Notes under the pieces: generated by a model
Told to the model about the DNA's origin: nothing
What the model saw: only the letters and a program-made list of their open reading frames with translations
Database searches by the model: none
In this document: in pieces, positions 1 through 12,600 of the stretch
How positions within the stretch are numbered: the first letter of the stretch is position 1
How the letters are laid out: each line of letters opens with the position of its first letter
Assembly (NCBI RefSeq): GCF_902459465.1
Contig: NC_047069.1
Coordinates: 8,928,001 to 8,992,000, forward strand
Direction: 5' to 3'
From: Asterias rubens
Taxonomy: Eukaryota
Length of the DNA stretch: 64,000 nucleotides
Made by a program: the position numbers and the translations under genes

Positions 1-549
1 CCCTATTACTAGTTACCAATTAAGGTTTTATGCTAATAATTATTTTGAGTAATTACCAATAGTGTTCACTGCCTTTAATGACACAGTCAATGTATTTGTA
101 CAAAAAACCTAAACATATATTTTAACATTTTATATCAACTAAAAAAATTACATTTTGCTATGAAATAATAATAAACATAAATGATTGTCAGTCAAAAAAT
201 ACATCCTGATTGACAAAGTAATAAATGAGGTGGTCACAGGCACTAATAATACAATCGTCATGTACAGTTCACAATGTATGCACAACCGCTGAGTGTCCAT
301 GCAATTTGACCCTTTGCCAACAGTCCCAGGACAGGAATTGAAAAACATAACAAAAAGACAAGTAAAATTTAAGTTTTTTCTTCAGTTTGATACTATTTCT
401 CATTAAACAGTTTCATTTCATGATCAGACATAATTTAGTTTAAAAAAATACTGATAAGCTTAGTAACACCCCGAGTCAATAAAATATAACCCTCCGATAA
501 AATGTTGTAATTTTTAGGGGGGGGGGGGGCAAGTTTGGTTTGATGATGA

Positions 550-624
550 CTACTTGGTCATGGAAACTAAATCTGGAACATTGGTGATTTGGATATCCAG
601 TAACATCTGTCCATAGCCCTTTCC
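550..624 (-). CDS. AtuA-like exon 16 ([24 protein letters not shown])
   Basis: ctacag| acceptor, TAG stop at 550-552. Confidence 0.88.
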   Translation of the reverse strand, partial: GKGYGQMLLDIQITNVPDLVSMTK

Positions 625-3600
625 CTGTAGCATAAACAAAAATCATACACAAACAATCAATTACAAATCTCAATACAAAAGTTGGCAGGATTACAACTCA
701 ATATTTCTTTAAAAATAATAATATTAAACTAGTTGCTCCAGAATATTCTGCAAAATGTGAAAAAAACTAATTATTTGTAAGTAAGTTTGTGTGGTTTACC
801 TGTGGATCACTAAGCAACGATGCCACGCCACCACCTCCAAGGGAATTCCTCAACAGAAAACTGAAACCATCAATTCCTGGGAGCTCATATCTGTCGGGAT
901 GTGAAAACATTATCTTAATTTCTCCATACCAATATGGTTCTTGTTTACTTAGCCACCAAAACGAGTTATATCAGCTAATTAAATTCCTAGTCAAAGCAAA
1001 CACTTTTTCAAAAATATGAATAATTAAATAGAGATGGAAAGAACAAGAAACGATAGTAATAAGTCTAATATTAATAAAGCACCAAATTTCAAGAAAACAA
1101 GCTTATGAAGATTACAATTTTCATTTTCAAATGTACCCAAACAAATTCAAATTAAAGTGTAGTCTAAACATTAAAAAATAGATAACTAGATGGTAAAGAA
1201 AAAGAAAAAAACATCACATTCAGAAGATTGAATGCGCCTTAATTTACATCTACCCAATAAAAAAATTCATTAAAAAATTACAAAATTACTTAATCAATAC
1301 ATGGCTGGCATTAAAAGAAAAAAGGCACGTTAGGCAAATGCACTTGTCAGAAAAGGGTCCTCAATACTTCCTGCGAATGCGAAGCGAGTTTTGATGCTGC
1401 ATGGCTGTTTTCCACAGCAAATGTTTTACAGGAGTCGAACACAGTTCAACTGATGCAAGTTATTCATTGTGAATTTAAGATTTCAAAATTTGCTTCGCAT
1501 TTGCATTCGCGGGAAGTATTAACCAAGCTTGTCAGTTATCAAAGGGATACAACGTTCATAACTGTGGTAAAAAGATAATGATATCAAGCTCAAGAATCAA
1601 TTAAAAAGCCATTTCTGATGTAAAAACAAGTCATCAACAAATAATCATAAAAAGTGGCAAAGATACAGAGTACCATGTCTTGCCTGCAGGGCTCATTCAA
1701 CCTCCTATGAAGAAAAACAAAGAACAAAACTAGCCCCCCCAAAAAAAAAAAAAAAAAAAAAAAACCACTTCATTTGATATAAGACAACCAGACGATTTGA
1801 AAGGATTACATAACATTGATTAAATAAATGACATAATGTATTACACTGTGTTTGAATTAATTAAATACGCACAAGGTCAATGGAATTACCACCAATAGGA
1901 GACTTTCTGTGACAATAGGTGGCAGCAGACTTACCGGGTAAAGCCAGTGTTCTCAGAATTATGCGCATGTTCAGAACTACATAAACAATAGAAATTTACC
2001 TGTTAAGTCTGCTGCCACCTAGCGTTGGAAAGTCTCCCATTATATTACAATTGTTCAAGACAGGGCATTAACACACAAGAAATTACACCTTCTTAAACTT
2101 ATGAACATTTTCAAATATAAAAACACCACAATAATTTTAAAGGCAAGACTTTATGTTTACCTGGTAACTGGGTCCACAGTTTCTGGGTCAATGACATGCT
2201 TGAAGTAAGAGTGTACAGCATCTGCAGTTAGATGCCTCCTAATGTAAGGTACATAGGACGGATGTCTGGCTATAACACCTGTGAATCAAAACAACAATAA
2301 CCAATCCTTTCAGAAAGACACTTTGTTTAGTTCTCACAGGTCAACTACTCTTTAAAGAAACAACTTCACAACCTCAAGAAAACTTCACAATGGCACAGAG
2401 ATGCTAATGCTATTATGAAACTCATTTGGCGCTCAATATGTGGCATGGTGTACTCCAACTCACCTCCGAGTGTCTTCATTGCGTTTTGGGAATCTTAGGA
2501 ATTCTTTAAAGGATATTGAGGCGGAAGGGGGAAGGGGTAAAGAAAAGAGTGCGTTACAGCATGGAAAAAATTGTTTGGGGGACACACCCTCTGCCATATA
2601 TCGGGTCTGCCATATATCAGGGTAGGGTGTCGTGGCTGAGTGGATAAGAACACCGAACTCAAGCTCTGGTGTTTCTGTTCAGCAGAGTGTGGGTTCGAAT
2701 CCCGGTCGTGACACTTGTGTCCCTGAGCAAGACACTTAACTATAATTGCTTCTCTCCACCCAGGGGTAAATGGGTACCTGTGAGGGCAGAGATGGTTCTT
2801 GTGATTGATTTAGCCGAGTAGCGCATATTAATGTTGCACAAGGCTGTATACTCCCCACCAGGAAGCTGAGATGGGTTTTAGGAGTGATTTAGGGCCCAGT
2901 GCCCAGGGGTAATAATGTGAAGCACTTTGGGACGCCCTCCGGGTGTGAAAAGCGCTATATAAAAACGGGTTATTATTATTATTATTATTATTATCAGGGA
3001 TGGTAAAACAAATGTTGCTTAGCAGACATAGTTTACCAGCAAAAGGTCTATGTTACATACATCATCTGTGCTAGTTCTGTGTTTAATTTTCTTAGTATAT
3101 ATATATAGAATGACTAAGCACCATGCTCTGCTTAGGTGCTTAGGATGCTCAGTGTATTGTGAGATTGCCAAGAAACTCTACCTATAGTTGCATTGTTTCC
3201 CTTGTCACCACTCCTTGTGTATGCTAAATCCATGAGGCTGAATGTGTGATCTCCTACTGGTAGAGTCTCATCTTGAGTTACTGTCTCCTCAGAGGAGGCG
3301 GCAGAATCTTCGGAAGACTCTGGTGATGATGCAGTAATGGTTTCCTCTTTGCCATCAATATGTACAGTAGCCTGTAAGATGACAATTAAGTTGGATGTTG
3401 TAACGCATTCTCAATTCCTGCACAGTCCTACTGTAAAGCCAGGGTTCTCCCTTAACACTAGCCCAGCGTACATTGTCTAGTAAAAACTGCTGCGGGCTTG
3501 TAAACACCACTTCTCAACTTGCCCCGTGGCTACTAAAAACTGTGCAACCTACGCTTCTTTAACCTGCTCATATTTCTTCCTTTTCAGATGTTAATAATGA

Positions 3601-6600
3601 ACTTTATAAATGTGTGAATGTAAGTTCATTTGATAAAACTGGTTGTTATTGCTATTATTGAATACACAAGAAATACATTTTTATTACATATTTATGTTTA
3701 AAATCTGTGTTACTTCAACTTCCTGGGGGAAAGTAACTTATGCAGATTACTCAAGGCCTGAAAGCCATTGTAGTGTAGACGATGCTCATGGCTATGTTCT
3801 CACATTCGTCTTGTCTTGTCTTGTCTCGCCTTGTCAATACTGAACAAACCACTAACTGCTGGACGTCAGTGAACATGCATTTAAAGGCTGCACTCTCTAA
3901 ATGTTGTTTATGAGGCACCGTTTTTTACAGGTTTCCTCAGGTTTGCAACCTTCAGTAATCAAGTTCACTTGTGAGGCATCCTTGGTTTCATTACAAGAAA
4001 TAGATAACAATAATCAAATAAAAGTCACATTTTTACCTGCACTTGGTCCTTTGGATACAGGAAAGAAAACAACTTCAAGACTGGTGACCTGGAAGATAAA
4101 TCAAAATTATTCTTAATTTTCATACTTCAGAAAAATTATCAGGTTTCACTTGTTGAGTAAGAACATAGAAAACTGTGAAGACATTAGAGGTGTTTTTCTT
4201 AGACTTCATCCAGTCAATTTCCCTTGTGGTTTATTACTTGATAGATCAATGACTTACACTCTTGGGCGACCTCCAACAATGCCTGTCAAACCTGGAGCTG
4301 TGAACAGTAAAAACAAATGTGTAAAAAGTTACTCTTAACAGACAGTAAAAATCTAAAGCATACCATCATAGATTAATTGAACTGATAACAAAAAAATTAT
4401 TACAATAATAATAATTATACCATCAACAGCTCTCCATTGCTCGTTACCAAGAAAGCTTTTATGCTAAGAATGATTTTGAGTAATTACCAATAGTGACCAG
4501 TGCCTTTAAGGTAATAATGAATTTTTTTAAAACTATATTTTGAATGGTTCCGCCTTCCTGTATTCTCCTATACTACTCAATATATTCAACCCGAGGCTGA
4601 GAGTAAAATAGTCTGCCTCAATAATGGAATAAAGAGAATCATATGTCATGAATGCTGACAGCACACAGGGAACATGACAAACATGAAGGTAGCATACCCA
4701 TTCCTGTTCCAGCTGGAGCAACCTCTCTTGCGAAGATCTCCATTGCCTTTTTCTGCGAGTGCTGCGCAGCAATCCATATGACCGCCTCCCTTGGGTTGAC
4801 ATCCCTTGCGTGTGGACCGTAGCTTTGCTCTGAGCCCAGAATCTGTACATTAGTCTGGGTGTAGTCTTTCAGCTCCAACTGCTTGAAGATGGTCCTTGTC
4901 CTGTGCACAAAAAGTTTTCACCAATTCCAAAATATAAATTTTATAAATTTTCTCTTTAAAGCCATTGGACACTTTCGGTACAGAAAAAAGAAGTTCACAG
5001 ATTTACAAATAACTTACAGGATTTAAAGAAGGTAATGGTGAAAGACTTCTCTTGAAATATTATTCCATGAAATGCTTTACTTTTTGAGAAAACATTAAAA
5101 CAATATCAATTCTCGATATCAAGAATTACAGATTTATTTCAAACACATGTCATACACAGCGAAACGTGTGGAAACAAGGGTGGGGTTTCCCGTTATTTTC
5201 TCCCGACCCGATGACCGATTGAGCCTAAATTTTCACAGGTTTGTTATTTTATATAAAGTTGTGATACACGAAGTGTGGGCCTTGGACAATACTGTTTACC
5301 AAAAGTGTCCAATGGCTTTGAAGGGTTTTGATACATTTTGTAGATCAAGATTTTGGCCCGACATGAATTTTTACTCACTGTAAAGTGTAGGTGATATACA
5401 TTAAAGTAGAAGTTTCAGCCTCATAAGTCGTCAAGTTTTTGAGAAAAAAAAAAGTTAAAATCAAAAAGCACTGTTTTCAGGAGAGTTGCGTAAATACAAT
5501 GGTACATGCTAAAATAATCGTCTCCTGAGGCGAAAATTATTTCTGTGGCATTGTTTTACTCATTTCCCAAAAAACTACAGCACCTCAGTACTATTTTAAG
5601 GGATGCTTTCTACCATCAAACTATGTAAGTTTAATGTAAATCTGTGGACATTGTGTTTTGTGTGGTACAAAAACCAAACCCTTAAAAAATAGAAGATTTA
5701 TTCTGTCCTATCTGTCTATTAATCTCGGTTCCATTATTACAGGAGAAAAGTGAAGTAACATTTGACAACAAACATTGACACAACAAATTCCTCAACACCA
5801 CTTCAAACTACAAAGTGATGCAATATACATTTAGTTTATATTTAGCAATGCATGAAACAACAACAACAATAAATGGATACATCAGTGATACAGTACAGTG
5901 TCTTGTTTGACTTTAAAAAAACACACACCATTATATAAAGTTTGAGTACCTTTTCAGAATACTTTCCGCCGTTTTTCTGCCTTTCTCCGCTGCATTTGGG
6001 CCAGTGATAGGAGACACTGAGGTTGCTCTGAAACCGTCTGCATAAGTACCACTAACCTACGGTACAAAACGTTAAAACCAAAATATTTAATAGATGTAGT
6101 ACTCCGAAGGACTTGAGAAAAGCACAGAGTACAGAACAAAGCTTATGACACATTGGTGTAGGGTAAACAAAAAAATGAAGAAACAATGAAAAACAACATT
6201 GGTGATTTTTCTACTATGCTCATTCATCTGAATAATTTTGTATTAAATGTTACTTAAAAAATGTAAAAAATAACAAATTTATTAAGCACAGTTTCAGAAA
6301 CCTACCTATGGTAGACTAAACAACACAATGACTCTTAGTTAACAAAAATAATAACATAACTGTAGCTTTTCTTTAATGAAACTTTCTAAAAGCAAGAAGA
6401 ACGAGTTTAACATAAAAACACATCCAACTTGATCAGTTGCTAAAAAAGAGGGAGCTTCGTGTGAGGATGCTGTGTCACATTACCATCACCGACCCCATGG
6501 ACTGAAACATTTTTAAATATTTAGAAAATGTTAACAGAGGCCTACAAATTCATTAATTTTCACGAATTCAGGAGCTTTAATTTTTTAGTTATGATAATAA

Positions 6601-9600
6601 GGCGTTGCAACTTTGCACCAAAATTGATAATTTTTGTTGCCCTGAACTGACACCAAGGTTTAATTGACAGGTAAGACAGGGCTAACTGTTTTCTTGAGTG
6701 ATGACATTTCGAACTCCGGGGCAAAGAATCACTGATTATTCTAGAATACCTTGAACTGTGTGGTTGGTGGTAAGCCTTTGGCCCCAGTCACAAGAACAGC
6801 GCCATTTGGGTCACCTGTTGAAAAATAAACCATGATGAATCTATAATATAAAAGCGCTTAAATCGCATGGGCGCCGCCATGTTGTTTTCACGTAAGTGGT
6901 GCCCGCACCCTGCTAAAATGATGCGTTCTGGAGTCAATTTCGTGGTACCCGTGGGTTGGGGATATGTGTTGTTTGTGACGTCACAGTCAAAGCGCGAGCG
7001 TGTATAACTTTGTGGTTGAGTGCAGGCGTCATTTGTGATGTCACAGTCACAGTGCGACCGTCCAGTAACTTCGCGCGTACATACAGTAAAGAACAATGCA
7101 TGGGGGGTGGGGGGGGGGGGAGCTAGGCACGACGACAGGACGTAGGATGGTGGGGGTTATTAGAGCTAGTTGTGGGACAGGGAGAAGGAAGGGGTACGCA
7201 GTGTGGTACGTCTGTTTGAAGGGGGCGGGGGAATGGCAAAAAATGAAGGGAACATAGTAAAATGGCTGGGAAAATAATACGGAAAGGGTAAAAAGAAAAA
7301 GGGACTAATGATGACATGCATTGAACAGGAAAAAATAAACTGGACAGAGAAAAATACACAAAACGGAGAATTACCTGACTGGCGGGACCCGCGCGAAACG
7401 GGGAAAGTTATGGGCCAGAAAAAGTGCAAAGAACAATTCACGGGCGGGATGTAGGGAAGGAAGTACGGGTTAGATTTAGGATGGGGACAGGAGGAAGGGG
7501 CACAAAGTGGTATGTCTGTGTAATGGGGGACGGGCGGGGGAACGGCAAAAATAAAATGACGGGGAAAATGAACAGGGCTGGGGTAGGGATTGAAAAATGA
7601 AAATGGACTAACATGATTTGGGACATGGAACAGGAAAATATTAAACTGAATGGGGGGATCAAGCCCATGAAACGGGAAAGAACCAAAAACAGGACCCGCG
7701 CGAAACTGGAAAATATGAGTTATGGGCAAACAGTGGCACGCAAAGAACAATGCCAATGCACGGGATCGCGGGGACGGGGAGGCGCGCAGGCGTGGGTTAG
7801 ATAAGGGACGGGATAGGGAAGGGGCACATGGTGGGACAGGGAAGTGGGGAAAAATGAACGGGGCTGGTGAGGGGGAAAAAGAAAGCGATACAGAACAGGA
7901 AACAAATAAATTGAACGGGAACAAAGTAAACGAAACGGGATATAAACCGGACTTAAAGAACCACTATCGGGACCCGCTGGAAACTGGAAAACACTGGATG
8001 GGATTGACAAATAATGCTGAAACGTAAAAAAAAACGGACAAGGGTTAGTGTACGAATTCACAAAGCACTAAGATTCGTCTTAACTTTGGATGGGTGGTTT
8101 TCCATTGTGATTTGTATTGTGACCCTGCCCATCCACTTTAACCCTCCCCTGTACACAACGCAGCATTTTATAAGTAGAGCTTTCTAGCGGGGTTGCCGCG
8201 CGAAGCGCAGCATCCCGCTAGTCATTTATTAAAGTAGACTTCAGAATTTACTTCATTAAGAGCATGTGTTCCTGAGATGTATAAAATGTTTCTATTTTTA
8301 GTATTATCAATATTATACATTAATTGGAATAAAACCAAAGATGCCTCATAAGTGAAGTTAGTCACTGTAACTCGCAAGCATGAGAAAACCTGTTAACTAG
8401 AGCACTTGCTAAGTGAACCAGAACCACCCGGGTAAACCCCTATTCTTCCATGACAAATGTTCTTGGTTCCTTTACATGCGTGCACTACCAATACCTAGTA
8501 CACAGGACCTACGGCTCAATGTCCCATCTGAAGGACAAAGCAATAATGGTAATATATCTTGCTCACGGACACCAACGCCACGACAAGGACTCGAACCCAC
8601 ACTCTGGTGATCAGAAACACCAGAGCTCGAGTTTGATGCTCTGAACTGCTCGTCCACGACTGCTTTGCTTAGCTTGAACGCTTTCCAGTGCTTCAAAAGG
8701 TCCACTACAAGCTTTAAAAAGTAACCTAAGAGTTCTCACCTTCCACGTTTTGAAGTGTAACATTTCTAAAGTCACATATAACATCAGGGAGCATGTATCT
8801 GGCAGGATCACCAAGCTCATAAACCAGTTGCTCAGCAACAGTTTCCTTAGAAACCAGCCCACCTGTATTTGGAGGTTTTGTCACAACAAAGGCACCTTCC
8901 TCCCCACATTCTATGATGGGAAAGCCAATGTTGTCCCTGTAGATGTGAATGAGAAAGTAAAAGAGTAAAAGACTGGGGTCAGCGTTTTGTTTTTATCTAT
9001 CCACGTACAAGAAGACTAAAGGTGCATCATTTATAGGAGCAACATGGCAATATCACCGAATACATGATACTTCATGCAACAAACTCAAGACAACATTTTA
9101 AATCCAATAAAGAAGGGCTTCAAGGTCAAATTCAGTTTTGTAATCCAATCATTTTCTAATAGATATAGTCCACAGGAAAAGGGACAACAAATTACAAGCA
9201 ACGAACTATGCAACATGTTTGAGTGTTAACATACCAATCTTGAACCAGATGCCAATCAGTAAAGACACCCCCTGTAGCCTGTGCCCCACACTCAGCTATA
9301 TGACCAGCTAAAGAGGCAGATGCTAGACGTGTGTAGTCACTTTGATTCCAACCAAACTACAAACAATAAGAACATTCGTTTTCATACTCACTACAACATG
9401 GAAGTGAAAATATACATCACTACTTATTTGTGTTTATACTAATGTATTCTAACTGTACACTGAAGGCCAAGACACACAGGCCCGATAACGAGAACGAAAA
9501 CGATAACAATACAAATGCATGCCCTCGATTGGTTGAATGAGCCTGGGCATATTCTGCGTGGAGCATTTCAACCAATCGAGGGCGCGCATTTTTATCGTTT

Positions 9601-12600
9601 TCGTTCGCGGGGCCTGTGTGACTTGGCCTTAACTAATTTCCCTGAGCACAGGGACATTTTAGTAGGTGGGACTTGAACCCACAAACTAAATTGGCAAAAG
9701 ATTGAGTTTGAATCCCACCCATGGTTAGGCATGCTGCAAAAGAATCACTCCAGTGACCAACCATAACAAAGTAATGAAAAGGCTCCTTATCTCATTGAAT
9801 CCTACCTAAACAGAGAATGCTTTGGAATAGTATCCCCTGTTTGAAAGAAGAAATCAAAGGATTGTTTTCTTCATATCCAGAAGATTACAACTTGTTCTTT
9901 GTTTATTACATTATCACAATTCTAGCAATGGATACTTACCGTATGCATGAGAGGTCCAAGGACCACAGCACTATCTACACATCTCCCTGTTACCACAATA
10001 TCTGTACCCATATCCAGTGCTTTTGTGATTGGTCCAGCACTGTCAGATACATTAAATGATTAAGATAATCAAAACAGCCATCAAGTTGTTATTTGATTCT
10101 TGAAAACTGGCTAACAATAATAATAATCAATTTTATATAGCGATTTTCACACCCAAAGGCATCTTAAAGTGCTTCCAACATTATTAACCCTGGTTACTGG
10201 GACATTTAATTCATTCCTTGGGGAGTATACAGCCTGTGCAAAAAATATGCGCTACTCGGCTAAATCAATCACAAGAACCATTTCTGCCCTCACAGGTAAC
10301 CATTTACCCCTGGGTGGAGAGAAGCAATTATAGTCAAGTGTCTCAGGGACACAAGTGTAATGACCGGGACTCGAACCCACACTCTGCTGAACAAAAAAAA
10401 GAGCTTGAGTTCGGTGCTCTTATCCCTGCGGCCAAGACACCCCATTTCATATGAAAACACAATCCTGCAACCAATATAGTTAAACAAATACTTTGACATT
10501 GACAATGTGTGAATGAAAATGGGGATCCGAAGAATGGAAAGTGTCTCACCCAAGGTAAGCGTTCATACTGACTAGCGTCTTCGGTGCTGTAATCCCACAG
10601 TCAATATCTTTTGTTCCTGATTTAATAATCTCATCTTTCTGCAAAGGATTTAAAAATGCAATGACTGATGTTACATAAATGTTGTTGTAATTTTGTTATT
10701 TCTGGTAATGACACCAAGGTGAATTTAATCAATTTTGCACGCACTTCTCAGGAAACCTACAAACAAGGATGCTTGATTGATTGATTGATTGATTGATTGA
10801 TCGACTAATTGAATTTATTCAGATAAAAATACAGCTAAAACATGCTAAGGTACACACAGAACAGAAGAAAGGCAATGAAACAAGATAAACCACAATAGAA
10901 CACAAGATAGAAATACTGCACAAAAGGATAGCCCAAAAGCTATAAATTGGTATCATCCATCTAGAAATATAGACAATTACAGCCATCCTGCAATGAGTGG
11001 TCAAAGGCTGAAATATACATTTCACAATACTTTTTTTTTTATGAAGTGCAGACATTTACTGTTAGTTTTTGAGGTTTTATATGACTAATGAGTAGTGTTT
11101 AGTATAGTACCTTGTGCATGAGATCATCGCCAGTAACCACAGCAACCTTGATATCAACACCAGCTTTCTTGGCTGCTTCTTGTAATGCTGCAGCGCAAGC
11201 ATGAGGGTTGACTCCTCCTGCATTGCTCACCACACGGATGCCTCGTTTCTTGATCTCATTCAGAAGAGGGCCCACAGCAGCTAGAACAAAATCTGGGGCG
11301 TACCCCAAATCCTGCAAAGTATTATCAATCGTATGTTATTCAACAGCCAAAAATGTCACGTTAAAATGGTGTAAATGCAACTGTGTTTGGTAGCCTAGCC
11401 TTCGAGTTCATTCATGAACTTTGATGGATATCCAATAAAACCGCATTGAATTTTACCATTTGCATGTAACTAATAAACACAAATTTCTCCTTTGAATCTA
11501 CAGACCCATTTGTTTTTGATGCCCTGAAAGATTATCATATATTATACACGCGAGGTTACAGACTTGAATTTTTTTTATGCACTTTCATAAGGACTTTATT
11601 GGTTGGAAAATTGTACTTAATGATAATGAAACTGGGTTTACTTACAGGTTTCTTGTGTCTGGCAGCAGTAAGAAGGGACATGGTGATCTCAGACAGATAG
11701 TCAAACACAAGGAAATCAATGCCTCCATTATGTACAAGCTGGGGAGCTAGAAAACAAAGTAAAAGATAATAAATAAAAAACACCTTTTGAAATGAAATTT
11801 TCACAAGTTTAACGTAAATTGATTTGTATACAACTAGAATGCATTTGTATAGGACTAAAACCATCGAGATATCAAAATAAAACAAAGGTTATCAATGCAT
11901 TTAACTAAAGTTTAAGTTGAAATGGTTGAACTAAAAATAAAACTGCTTGGCCAAATTTGATTAAGTTTAACTTTGAAAAGTTTCTGTACTATCATGCCAC
12001 CACTTTTTCATTTGATATGATTGCGCAGGCCTGTATTCATTTTTAAAACAGTAAGGGCACCAAGGCATGTTCTCTTTGGCGAAGGGCACCCTATGAGGAA
12101 ATTATAAAATTCTACTGGAGCACTTCAAGGGCACCAAGGCAATCCCCTTCGTTGCCTCCATGAAGTATCAGGCCTGATTGCCGAATATGAAATATTGTTG
12201 TATCTTATTTACCTCAATGAGATGCCCCTTTTTCAATTTTGTAAAAATGAGTGAAAAAGTGGTGGCAGGATATGGAAAGTTAACCGATAACTTGTCTACA
12301 AACATGTATCAGAGATGTTAAATTTGCATCGGGGTTAAAGAATATTAATTTGGGTTTTTACCCATACACACCAATGTGTGTACTGTTACGTGTTAGCACT
12401 GTATACTCAGTACTTTCCCAAGTACTGTGAAAAAATATCACAGGCATATTACTCTTTAGGGATTTGAACCCACGACCCTTGCAATTCTAGAGCAGTGTCT
12501 TACCAACTAGACCACCGATATTGCCCGATAGCTAGACAGCTAGAGGCAGTTCGAATCCTATGTTTGGCAACGGGAATAAAGAATATTAATTTTGGTTTTT

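Noticed and set aside
517-529. Isolated G/C homopolymers (also about 7110, 15167, 16142, 38331, 52900)
   Set aside because: Common simple repeats with unreliable length in assemblies; no pattern.
2623-2710. Possible tRNA genes (also 12440-12520, 15745-15815, 31180-31245, 42590-42665, 53541-53630)
   Set aside because: They are heads or cores of multi-copy repeats with broken stems and variable anticodon regions; not callable as functional tRNAs without tRNAscan-SE.
7123-8061. Long ORFs in the track (e.g. 7166..7924, 252 aa)
   Set aside because: Low-complexity P/F-rich translations of the purine-skewed Helitron interior; no domain, no splice support.
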